Counted from the first letter of the stretch, positions 51,671 through 63,662 are shown. The stretch: DNA of 64,000 nt from Callorhinchus milii (GCF_018977255.1 NW_024704742.1:56112001-56176000); one strand, 5' to 3'. Numbers and translations: made by a program. The notes: generated by a model from the letters alone, not told the origin.

Positions 51671-52108
51671 AATTCAAGATCCTCATCCTCACCTACAAGG
51701 CCATTCATGGACTTGCTCCCTCCTACCTCTCCAACCTACTATCCCCCTATTTACCTGCCCGTACCCTCCGTTCCTCTGGATCCGGTCTGCTCCACATCCC
51801 CCGCCCTAACTGCCCTACCATTGGTGGCCGGGCATTCAGCCTCTTAGCCCCTAGGCTCTGGAACTCTATCCCCCAGTGCCTTCGCCTTGCTTCCTCCCTT
51901 TCCTCCTTCAAGACCGGTCTCAAGACCTTTCTCTTCGACCGTGCCTTCAGCTCCCCTCTCGACTCTCTACCCCTCCTCGCTCCCTCCCTTCCCTCCCTCA
52001 CCCTGACCATTTCCCCCCTGCTCAGGTCCCGACCCAACTGTCCAGTGCCTTGTGACGTCCTCCCGACGTGAAAGGTGCTCTATAAATGAAATCTTGTTGT
52101 TGTTGTTG
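51671..52108 (+). mobile_element. Young L2 3' fragment nested in an older L2 remnant (host about 51560-52155)
   Basis: [20 protein letters not shown]...KTFLFDRAF. Same subfamily as 59097-60352. Host L2 sequence flanks it, with ttcctct on both sides. Confidence 0.88.
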
Positions 52109-52648
52109 GTTCCTCTCCTCCCACTCCCTCCATGAGCCTCTCCAATCGGGTTGTTTGCCATGCATCAATTGTGACAAATACGTGGAGGAATTTCTGATGA
52201 TGTGATGATATCACCAGTGCTAATTACCACACCAGACAATGCACTTCATCATATGTCACTTTTTACTTCATTTGTGGCGATGTTAGTGAGCTGGATGCTT
52301 CAGAGCTGAAGTGCTCCAAGGTGACACGCCAAGGTAATCTCAGCACTCCAATACCAGACAGATCTTTAGTACTCCAAAGCACAATTCATGGTGGATCAGC
52401 GCTCGTGGGTCATTGGCGGAGCAGACCAGTCATTTAGAATGGGCTCTTCTCATTTGGCTGGTGTTAACTTCGACAAAAAGACAAAGCCCTAACTAGTAGG
52501 CTAATCTAAAATGGATTAGCTCTGGGAAGTTTGCCACTGCTCTACAATGCTAACGTGTGCAATCTTAACTGGTTAAACTCCAAGTTTCCCAATGCACACT
52601 CTGAAAGCCCGAAGCCCTGGCTCTTGAAAACTACATCTAAACTATACA

Positions 52649-53057
52649 GTGGAGTCCTGTAGCTCAGTGGTTAGAGCACTCGCTTTGCAAGTGAGAGACC
52701 TGAGTTCAATTCCAGGCACAGGGCGAAACCTTGGGCAAGTTTCCTTACTCCACACAGAGCCTAATAATAATCCCTCCAAAAACCAAAAATAATAATAATA
52801 ATAATAATCCTTGCATTTGATATAGCGCTTTTCACGTCAGGAGGACGTCCCAAAGCGCTTCACAGAACAAAACAATAATAAATTGGTCATTTTCAATCTA
52901 CGACTGTTTGTGGGACATTGCTGTGCGCAATTGGCTGCCGCGTTCGCCCACAAATATACAGTCAATTCACTTTGCAGTATGTTCTGTGAAGCGCTTTGGG
53001 ACGTCCTCCCGACGTGAAAAGCGCTATATCAAATGCAAGGATTATTATTATTATTAT
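52649..53057 (+). mobile_element. Young tRNA-derived SINE containing an internal inverted copy of its own 3' tail
   Basis: Standard head and body, plus an extra antisense tail at about 52788-52869. Confidence 0.92.
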
Positions 53058-53159
53058 ATAAACTCTCCAGGTTTAGGTAAGTATGTCCCTCTGGAGTGAA
53101 AGTGTGTACAACATACCCTTACAAAACTTACATACCCTATTCCTCTGCTCCCCCCCATC

Positions 53160-53286
53160 CACACACATATGTACACACATACACCAACACCAGCACACAT
53201 GCACACACACACACACACACCACTCACACATCCACACTCACATGCACGCACACTCGCATGCACGCACACACACACACACACAAACA
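53160..53286. repeat. Imperfect (CA)n microsatellite
   Basis: Interrupted cacaca tracts are directly visible. Confidence 0.9.
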
Positions 53287-56200
53287 TGCATGGCTAACCG
53301 TGCAGTTACATCAAGGCCTGCTGTGCACCTACTGAACAAGAAGAACCTTAATCATAGTTATCCCATAACAATTAGTAGTTTACAGATCTAACAATAGTTA
53401 TTTTGAGAAGTCCCAAAATTGTAGGAGCAGTGTTAAATGTTAAGATTGTTACTTTAAAAAATGTTATTATTTCTTTAAAAACTTGATAGTTTTGTCCTTT
53501 AACTCTCAGACTCCTGCGTATCTGAATTTTTTTTTAATAATTCAGCAATACGTTCTAAAAACTAAATAATAGAACCGATATGTTTTTGTGAGAAACCATT
53601 AATATTACCAACAACTAAAAGAACATTCTTCTTCTGCTTCTCTCCAGTGTTCTAGTGCTGCATGAACAGTGACTGAGTGGGTGAGCAAACAGCTTATTGC
53701 TTGCCTTCTGTCAGTGCTGCTCTGAGCTGCCTGCTAAATGGAAGAAGCCAGTTCTGTACAACGCTTTGAGATATCCTCCTAACATGAAAGATGCTATATA
53801 AATGCAAATTGTGATTGTAAGTGTAATAACCCAATAAGCTGTCCAATCGTCCTTGCTTCTCACTGGAAGACACCTCTCCATCACTAAAAGTGGTTACTGA
53901 AGCTGGATCAATAGAATTGTTCAAAAGAAAACCGCACAAGCACCTGTGCCAAAATAATATTAAACGATCAAGGGGGAAGATCTGGAAAATGAGATTAATA
54001 AAAAAAGCATCACTTCAAAGAAGTGGGTAGCAGTTGTTACAGACACACACAGATACGAGTGGCCTCCTATTGTGCTAAAAATGTATTTTTCCATGATTCT
54101 ACGTTGATATGGACACAGCACCGCAGGTGGAAAATTGTTAGCGGAACCCCCCACCGGTCTGTGGCACTGTCCTCTTACTAAGTATTTTTCAATCAAAATA
54201 CTTACTGTTGTGGTTGGACATGCTGCAATTTTGAGGAGAAGTCTGTTGCCCATAAAAGCTACATTGGCTCAACCAGTTGACTTGATTGGTGTTGATTGAT
54301 TTAAGACCAGTTTCCCACTGGCTTTATCTCTACTTACAGTAGATAGCAATGGAATTCAGATGCTTCTTTGTTAACTGCTCTGTTCCCTGACAGAAACTAA
54401 TACGTTTTAAACTGTCTAATCTTTCCTGCAAGTAGCACAGCCACGGAATGAGCTTTTTGTTGCATAATTCAGTGCTCCCTAGAAAAGAAAAGCCCTTTCC
54501 ACTGACCTACACTACTGTTCTTACCACTGGAGACGTACAATTATCATGTCCACTTGCTTACTTTCCTTCTCTGAGCTCCAATATTAGTTTTTTTTATGAG
54601 AGATAGAGAAAGCCTTCACACATCGTTACATACATTACTTTTATTAGTGAAGACTATATTCATCTGCTGTTGGCTCCTTCAAAATTACAAAAGAGGTTTC
54701 GATGAAGAAGACCCTTCAACCCATATGATCTCGCCCTTCAGCCCATATGATCTCATCCTTCCAGAATGCCCACCCTACTAACTTCCCATCACAACATTAA
54801 CATTGATTACAATGAAACCTTTGTCTCGTATTAATCGCCAGGAGGATGGTAGCAATAAATTACTGTGGTTTTCTCTGCACACACCTGACAATAGCTAGGA
54901 TATTATGGGAACTTACTGTTGCTGAGGGAAGCAACGGGGTCTGTTGCTCTACTGCCATGTATTTTGCCTTTAATGAAAAATTACATTTTGCTGATTATTG
55001 TACTTGTGTAATTTTCTTGCTAGAAATAAATAATGTCTGTCGTTGTCTTAGGTTAGAAGACAATGAAGCAGTGTATGTGTTCATTAGGTGACCTTGCATG
55101 CCTTATCTAATAATAATAATCATATTAGTATTATTAATAATATAATTCTTGCATTTGGTATAGTGCCTTATTACGTTGCTGAGATGTCTTAAAATGCATC
55201 ACAAGATATACTATAAAGTTGATTGACTGTGTATTTCGTGAACAAACCCAGCAAATTTTATTTGGGGAATTGTTGGCTAGAACACTGGGAGAAATTCCCT
55301 TCTCTTTTCAAATAGTGCCATGGTATTATCTTCCTGACCGGACCTCGGTACAACATCTCATCCGAAGGATGGCACCTCTGTTAATGCAACACACCCCAGG
55401 ACTGCATCAGATTGGCAGGTTAGACTATATAATTCCAAGTCCTGTCATGGGACTAGAATTCACAACCTTCTGATTCAGAGGCAACTCAGCCAGGCTGTTA
55501 GCTATATGGAGAAGGAATGTTCAAACAAGATGCTTCTTGTTAGGTGAGCAGTAAAAATAAGAAAACGATATCTGTGATTCAAACCAGATGGTCTTAAAGG
55601 TCGCAAAAACATGTTTGTTCATGTATATATATATATTGGGCACTAAATAGCCTAGAGTTGGAACAGACCTGGGAAAGAAGATGAAGACAAGAGAAGAAAA
55701 GAAGGTACCACTTAAAAGAGAAGAAAAACTTCTTTGACTACCTTTTCTATTTTCCGGATTTGTAACTATGCCTTTCTGTTCAATTGATACTTTTGCAACT
55801 CAACAACAACAACTTGCACTTGAATGATGCACATAATTGATTGGAATGAAAATGTTTATCATCTATTGAAATTCACTCATACAAGGATTTCTACAGAAAT
55901 GTTAATACAAGGTTTTACAAGGCTTAGGGGAAATGAGGACAAAACTTTAGTGCCTATTGTGCTGAACAGCAACATCACCTTTGTTTTCTTAATTAAGTTA
56001 AGGTCACTGAAAATATCTTGAAAATTGGAAACACCTATTAATTACAAAAATAATAAAAATTCATTGTCGTGGAAATTCTGATAAATCTTAACTAATTGAA
56101 TACATTAACACATTAAAGGGCTAACATTCCACTTCTTCAAACCTAATAAAACTATTCAGTCTTAAAATTAAAGAAATTGGGGATAATAATTTGTTGAATC

Positions 56201-57149
56201 TTTGGAAGCCAGTGAGTTTTAAGAACTACAGAAAAATGACTTCCAGGTTAAAGTTGGATTTAAAATTTTAAAACAAATAACCTTACAGGCTCAAAGTAGT
56301 TATCATCCGTCCTCCATATGAAACATTAAACTGAGTTCCCACTGTGACAGTGGACATTAAAGATCCCATGGTACTACTCAAACAGAGAAGGAAGTTTCTC
56401 CCAGTGCCCTGGCCAACAATCCCCCCAAATAGACATTCATGGCTATTGTGGGACATTGCTGTGTCCAAATTGGCTATTATGTTCACCTACAAAATACACA
56501 CAATATCCTGTGAAGGGCTTTGGGACATCCTTCTGATGGGAAAGGTACTACATCTAATGCAAGGATTATTGATATTATTATTATTATCATTACAAATTTT
56601 CTATTTTGTCACTGTTTTCTGCTAGATGCTCACTTCTCCCTTCATTGCCATGTTTTGGAGAACACAGCAGAGTGATAATTAATTTTAGAGGTTTTTGAAT
56701 GAATAACTGGGTTGAATAGTCAATTGTCTATTCTGATCCATTGTCTTCAAATGGCAAATGCCTCTTCAATTAAAATCCTTTTATTTTCCCAGGAGCTCTG
56801 GTTTTAAGTAAAAAATATATTATTTAAAACCAGTTATGAATAAATAATGATGTAATATAGTGATAAGTAATAAAGGAGTTATAAATCCCATCAAAACACA
56901 AAAATAAAAAAATGTGGTCACTCAATCCATGACTGTGTGTGTGACATTGCTCTATGCAATCGGCTGCTGCATTCCGCCCACAAAATATACAATCAATTCA
57001 CTTTACAGTATATTCTGTGAAGCGCTTTGAGATGCCTTAAAGACGTGATAAGGTGCCTTATCAAATGCAAGAAGTATTGTTATTATATTTTACCTGATCT
57101 CTGCTAGGATTCTTAGCTTGTGCAGTGGTGACATGAGGCAGGGTGTGCC

Positions 57150-57670
57150 CACACAGCCCACAAACCTCAGAAGCCATAAATTCATTCATGCCCTCCTGAC
57201 ACTTGACAACATGTAGCATTCAGGATGAAGGAGTTATGCTTATCCTTCCTATTGATAAATGTCATTGGTTCTGAAAGCCGTCACAATGGTAATATGAGTG
57301 TAACCACAGAGAGTTGTGATCTTTCAAAATTCAGCTATGATATGAATTTTGTGCTGCCTGTGAAGCTGTTGGTGTTTGTTGTCAAGCAGGATGCACACCT
57401 GGGGCCTTGGGGGAAAAGTGTTTCAGTGCCATTGCTTATCTTGTGGGAGACAGACACTTGGCCCACTCCTGAGACATCTCCTGTTGTTGCTGTCTATTGC
57501 ATTGATATCAAAGGCATTGTTTATGTTCACTGGAGTGATTCAGCCAACTTCACTTAACAGATAGCACAGCTCTATCACAGCTCCCTAGGAGGTTGTGACT
57601 TCTCACACAGTGATGCTTGGTCATGCCAAGGCACCTTGCTCATTTGCAGAATACATGCTGCCTGTTGTAA
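57150..57670 (-). pseudogene. Fossil PIF/Harbinger-type DDE transposase fragments
   Basis: Manual minus-strand translation gives, in order, HVFCK*ARCLGMTKHHCVR, AVIELCYLL, ATTGDVSGVGQVSVSH, FINRK and HNSFIL. This is colinear with Harbinger/HARBI1 motifs. Confidence 0.65.
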
Positions 57671-59096
57671 TGAGTGTAATGACTTTGAGGCATTATGTGT
57701 CTTTGATGTCCTTTGCACTCCAATGCTTCCCTTACCTCTTAAATAGCCTACAGTCGATTCAACACCCATTCTGCCTGTTACAGCTTAGCTGAAGAATTTC
57801 ATGTGTTTGGCTCTGTTGAAAGTATGCGAGAGGCAGCCAACTCCATGAGACTCTCTGAGGAAATTTTATGCAGGTATCAATCTTTGGCAGCATATAACAA
57901 CCTTATTATAAGTCCCTGGTATACATAACAGTATGAAGCACGTGAATATAAAACGTAAACTCTTACCAATTTCACATCAATGCCACCTCATTTAAAAAAA
58001 CAGCCAGCGGTTTCTGAATTTCATTTTGTTCATTTGCCAAGAATGTTTTCTTTTCAAATTGTTTTTGCAAACACGGTTTACCAGCTCATCCATCCTTCGG
58101 GTGAGATGTTAAACCAAAATCTTACCTGACCTGCTTGTTCAGTCAGACGTTAAGAAACTCATGGCACTATTCAAAAAGAGAACAGAGCTTTTCCCGGTGT
58201 CCTGGTCAACAATCCCCCACTGTGATCAATCATACACCTCCTGGATGTTTGTGGAACATTGCTATGCATATATTGCCTGCTGCATTTACCTATAAATATA
58301 CAGTTATTGCACATAACAGTAACTACTATAAAGTGCTTTGGGGCATTTGAATGTGATAAGGCACGATATAAAATACAACGATTATTATTAATATGATTAT
58401 TATTATTAAGAACCTGGGAAAGCAGAAATATTGATAGGGCAGAAGTGCAAAATAACTCAGTGAAGAGAATCAGCAGATAGAAAGATAGATAGAAGAAATC
58501 AAAATTATTTTGTTATTAGTATAGCATTATTTATTTCTATTTACTTCTATTCAGCTGGACCAGAGTGGTGGAGTACACGAGGATTTTCCATGCCTCAGAT
58601 GAAAAATGTACATTGAAACCAGTTATCTAAGAACAAAAGACCTCCACAGCTCTGTTGCTCTACATGCATGGAGAGAACTGATTCAGAGTCTTCTTTAAAC
58701 CTTGTTAATTTTGTTAAATAAAGCATGAAGTAATGAAAAAANTTATGCCTAGTCTTCACTGAGTTGGATCATGAAGCACTTTAAGGACTTAGATTTCTCT
58801 TCATGTCAATGGGTGAAAAGCCTGAAGAATGGAGCCTGGATTTTATGAAACATGTCGGACTAATTTACTATTTTTCTAATATGTTATGTTTCTTTCTATG
58901 TTATTTTCCATTATGAGTAAATTTCATACCTCTGGTTCCAATGACACAGGAATTTTAGTTGTGTGACCTCAGGTGTAGAACACATTGTCCTTTTATAGAC
59001 TTAAAAATGCAGAAGGGATTCTGACCGTATCTCCACATCAATAAATAGGTTAAGTTTTGTGATATTTGTATTGAAATAGTTGGGAGAAATCAATAT

Positions 59097-60352
59097 CAAC
59101 AACAACAACAACAACAAGATTCCATTTATAAAGCGCCTTTCACATCAGGAGGACGTCCCAAGGCGCTGCACAGTTGGGTCATGACCTGAGCAGGGGGGAA
59201 ATGGTCAGGGTGAGGGGAGGGAGTGAGGAGGGGGGAAATGGTCAGGGTGAGGGGAGGGATGGGAGGGAGCGAGAAGGGGGAAGAGAGTCGAGAGGGGAGC
59301 TGAAGGCTCGGTCAAAGAGAAAGGTTTTGAGACCGGCCTTGAAGGAGGAGAGGGAGGAAGCAAGGCGAAGGCACTGGGGGATAGAGTTCCAGAGCCTCGG
59401 GGCTGAGAGGCTGAAGGCCCGACCACCGATGGTAGGGCGGTTGGGGCGGGGGACGTGGAGCAGACCGGAGCCAGAGGAACGGAGGGTACGGACAGGTAGG
59501 TAGGGGAATAGTAGGTCGGAGAGGTAGGAGGGAGCAAGGCCGTGAATGGCCTTGTAGGTGAGGATGAGGATCTTGAAATCAATCCTCTGGGGGATGGGGA
59601 GCCAGTGGAGGCGAGCGAGGGTGGGAGTGATGTGATCGCGAAGCCTGGTGCGGGACAGTACACGAGCTGCAGAGTTCTGAATGACCTGCAGCTTGTGGAG
59701 GGAGGTGGCGGGAAGGCCGGCGAGGAGAGAGTTCCCATAGTCCAGCCTTGAGGTGACAAAGGCGTGAACCAGGGTTTCAGCAGCGTGAGGGGTGAGGTAA
59801 TGGCGTAGTCTGGCGATGTTCCGGAGGTGATGGAAGGCGGTGCCAGTTGTGGTGCGGATGTGAGGAAGAAAGGACAGCTCAGGGTCGAACAAAATGCCGA
59901 GGTTCCTGACTGGCTTTGAGAGGTGGAGAGTGCAGCCTTGGATGCTGATGGTGTCGGCGCCTGAGGTGCGGAGGCGCTGACGCGAACCAATCAGGAGGGC
60001 CTCGGTTTTTCGCACGTTGAGCTGAAGAAAGTTGTCTCTCGTCCAGGACTCGATGTCGGACAGGCAGGCTGTCAGGACATCGGTGGTCGTGGAGTTGAGA
60101 GTAGAGGAGGAAAGGTAGAGTTGGGTGTCATCCGCATACATGTGGAAGTTAACTCCATGTTTGCGGATGATGTCACCAAGGGGGAGCATGTAGAGGGTGA
60201 AGAGGAGGGGACCGAGGACAGAGCCCTGAGGGACTCCACATGAGACAGTACGAGGGGTGGAGGAGAAGCCATTCATCGAGACAAAGTGAAGACGGTGAGA
60301 AAGGTACGACCTAAACCACTCAAGGACAGTGCCTTGAAGGTTGAGGTGGGAG
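59097..60352 (-). mobile_element. Young 5'-truncated L2 with uninterrupted RT C-terminal frame
   Basis: Open frame from LEWFRSYL through [20 protein letters not shown] and SRLDYGN to KTFLFDRAF. CpG-rich, with a clean (TTG)n tail. Confidence 0.93.
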
Positions 60353-61470
60353 TACATGGGAAAGAGTTGGAGAGGCCAACAAGCAGGGAGTTTGCATAAT
60401 CGAGCCTGGATGTTATGAATGCATGTATGAGGTACTTGGCGGCCTGCGGTGTGAGACAGTGGCGGAGCCCGTCGATGTTGCGGTGGTGGGGGAAGGCAGA
60501 GTAGATTATGGCATGACGTGGGGTAGAAAAGATAGTTGAGGGTTAAACAAGACACCAGGGCTATGAACTGGCTCGCTGAGGTAGAGTTTGCATCCTTAGT
60601 TGGTGATGCTGTCCCCTGAGGCGGGGAGGCGCAGATGGTAGCCAATCAGGAGAGCCTCGGTCTTGCTGATGTTCAGCTGTAGAAAATTAGCTCTCATTGA
60701 GGACTTAATGTCTGACAGATATTCTGTCTGGAAAGCAGTGGTCCTGGATTTGAGGGTGGAAGCAGAGAGGTTGAGTTGGGTGTTTAAGTGCTCTGAGACA
60801 TCGCCCGGCATGGAGGACACTATATAAATGCAGTTGTGGTTGCTCTTGTCATCTGCATACATGTGGAAGTTGACCCATAAGAGGGAGCATATACAACAGC
60901 AACAACACAATTACATTTGCATAGTGCCTTTCATGTTGGGAGGAGAGTAGCGGGAGACAGGGAGAGGTATATGATGATTAGAGTGGTTTCAAGGAATTCC
61001 AGCATCTCCTCGCAGTTGATGTTGGAGGATGGGGGCGGCGTAAGCAGTTGGGCAGACGAGCTAGTTGTTTATGGAGAAGAGGAGACTGGGGTTGTTCTTG
61101 GCCTTCAAGATTGTCTTGGAGTAGAAGGACAATTTAGTAAGTGAGGGCGAAGCAGTGACTTTTGATAAGGTCCAGCCAGATCTGCCGATGGACTGTTGAG
61201 TTAGCTTTGAGCCAGGTGCATTCAGAGGCATGCACGTGTGGCTTGAGGGAGCAGAGATGGCTGGTGTATCAGGGTGACTTCCATGAGTAGGATGCAGTTT
61301 GGGAAATGAGGGCAGCAAGGGCATCAAAAGTGGTGGAGAGAGAGCTGTGGAGAAGAGTGACTGAGGAGGATAGATATTTGCGGGAGGAGTTCAGATGACT
61401 CCAAGGCAGCGGAGAAGGAGAGGAGTGGGAGACTTTTGTCCAGGTGCAGTAGGAGGTGGAGTTGGGTACT
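60353..61470 (-). mobile_element. Older decayed L2 directly 5' of the young L2, with small tail insertions
   Basis: FHMYADD...[15 protein letters not shown] and ILKAKNNPSLLF. An L2 tail is inserted at about 60784-60842. Confidence 0.82.
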
Positions 61471-61574
61471 ATTACAATGCAAGCCCCAATACTGAAATTA
61501 CCCTTCTGTTAAGGAAAATAATCAATCTGGATTTAGATTTACCTTAATTGTGTAGCATTTCAGAGTATCCAAAC

Positions 61575-62322
61575 TCCATACCCCCATCACACCAGTCCTT
61601 GCCAGGCTCTGCTGGCTGCTAATACTGAATGGATCAATTTCAAGATCCTCTCACTCGTTTTCAAATCACTTCATGGCCTTGCACCTCCCTATCTATTCAA
61701 ATTGCTTACTCCCCACCCACTGCCTCAGCTTGGCTGGCTCCGGCCTCCTTTTTGTCCCCTCATCCCCTCTGCTCCACCATTGGTGGTGGTGCCTTCAGCC
61801 ACTATGCCTCGAAACTCTGGAATTCTTTCCTTCAATTCCTCTGCCTTGCCCCCTCCCTCCCCACTTTCAAGTTTATTTTTGATTGTGCTTACGGTCACCT
61901 CCCTCTCCCCCTGGCTCAGAGTCAGAATCCGCCACTGTTAAGCGGTTCGGGATGATACCCCGCATGAAGTCCCGTGGAGTCCTGTAGCTCAGTGGTTAGA
62001 GCACTCACTTTGCAAGTGAAAGACCTGAGTTCAATTCCAGGCAGGGCGAAACCTTGGGCAAGTTTCCTTACTCCACACGCCTAATAATAATCCCTCCAAA
62101 ACCAAAAACAATAATAAATTGGTCATTTTCAATCTACGACTGTTTGTGGGACATTGCTGTGTGCAATTGGCTGCCGCGTTCGCCCACAAATATACAGTCA
62201 ATTCACTTTACAGTGTGTTCTGTGAAGCGCTTAGGGACGTCCTCCCGACGTGAAAAGCGCTATATCAAATGCAAGGATTATTATTATTATTAAGGTTGCA
62301 ATATAAATGCAAGTTGTTGTTG
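61575..62322 (+). mobile_element. L2 3' fragment, interrupted by the SINE at 61974-62291
   Basis: IGGGAFSHYASKLWNS. Tail atataaatgcaagttgttgttg. Confidence 0.8.
61974..62291 (+). mobile_element. Full-length young tRNA-derived SINE inserted in an L2 3' tail
   Basis: Head gtggagtcctgtagctcagtgg through tail aaatgcaaggattattattattatt. The host L2 tail resumes afterwards (aagg...atataaatgcaagttgttgttg). Confidence 0.92.
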
Positions 62323-63504
62323 TCCAGAAATTGGCAAATTGTTGAATTCAGTCTTTAACTTTGAAGCCAGATTTTGATAATTCCTAAAAAGAAGCAAGAT
62401 AGAATTTAAAGATTTGTCAAATATTGGACAAAGTAATTGCTCCATAAATTTCTTCTTTAGTAGCTTATTTTCCTTACCATTAACTTGCCAACTTAATAAG
62501 TTGTCATCTAATGTTGGGAATACAAGAGATGGATAATAAATGGATGTAATTTCTAACTACATAATAGATTCTAATTGTGTTAAATGCAATTTTTCCCATC
62601 TATTTTTAATGGGTGAGTGTCCACTACTGTATCATTTTGTTTTCTTTGTAGGAGATACAAATCTAACACTTCTTTACACTGGGGAGAATCAGGCTGACAA
62701 TCGGTTTTGCTCCCCAAAATTGAGTCACTTCACTCCTACCAATAAAGAATATTTTACAGAGCTGATAAAATATTAAAGGGAAATTTTCCTCTTACATTTT
62801 CTCTTTGTTTCTCTTGATTTGTCTCCGTAAACCAAATACAAACTATGTAAAGATGCCAGGGTCCCGGCTTGATCTTTGAACTACAAATATGTACTGATGT
62901 GTTATTAAGCATTGGGCAGTGTTGTGTAAAGAACAAATTACCTGCAGTGCAACATGTGACGTATTGTGCAAGAAAAGTCAATTACTTGTAATTAATAAAC
63001 CTCTTTGATTCCTACAACTGGGGTAATTGTCAACTTGGATTGAAGAAAAGAGTTATGTGAAGCATGAATATTAAATGCATAGCATAACTCAGTCCCAGAT
63101 ATTGTTATTTTTCTCCACTAATCTTCCCCTTCCTTCCTTAAAGTGTCTTAACTCCTGCGGGCCGAATGCTGCTAATTGAACCACACTGATTTAAGCTATA
63201 GGAACAAATGTATCATATTAATCAAACTAGCCAGCATATTCACTAATCTACCTTTGTCTGAAAATTCGCTGATAATAATAATAATCCTTGCATTTGATAT
63301 AGTTCCTCATTATATTGTTGAGACATCTCAAAGTGCTTCACAAAATATACTGTCAAGTTAATTGACTGAATATTTTGTGGGCAAAATGCGGCAGCCAATT
63401 ACGCACGGCAGTGTCCCACAAACAGTCATGCATTGATTGACCAAATTATTATTATTTTATTTTATTCATTTATTTACTTTAGAAGTGATCATGATAGTGA
63501 TTTT

Positions 63505-63662
63505 TTTGTTAATGATCAAAATTATCATTGGGGAGAACAAGCTTGCAGGGCTATGAGGAGAAATCGGGTGGGATTGATTTGGACAGCTCTTTTCACAGAG
63601 CCGGCACAGACACAATGGGCCGAATGGCCTCCTTCTGTGCTGTATAATTCTATGGTACTATG
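63505..63662 (+). mobile_element. CR1 3' terminus
   Basis: gcagggctatgagg...gagccggcacagacacaatgggccgaatggcctccttctgtgctgtataattctatg. Confidence 0.8.

Noticed and set aside
52651..52725. tRNA-Ala(TGC) gene (also at about 3290, 24415, 41445 and 61976)
   Set aside because: Each tRNA-like segment runs directly into a SINE body and tail, so these are SINE heads, not tRNA genes.
58742..58742. Single ambiguous base (n)
   Set aside because: It is an assembly ambiguity, not a biological feature.
46132..59255. Short tandem duplications (46132-46201, 54711-54755, 59190-59255)
   Set aside because: These 20-40 bp slippage-type duplications are ordinary and have no evident function.
59242..60645. 467-aa ORF as a functional RT gene or novel fusion protein
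   Set aside because: The first ~95 residues are an out-of-frame read through an older L2. The rest is a 5'-truncated L2 ORF2 lacking the endonuclease and N-terminal RT motifs.
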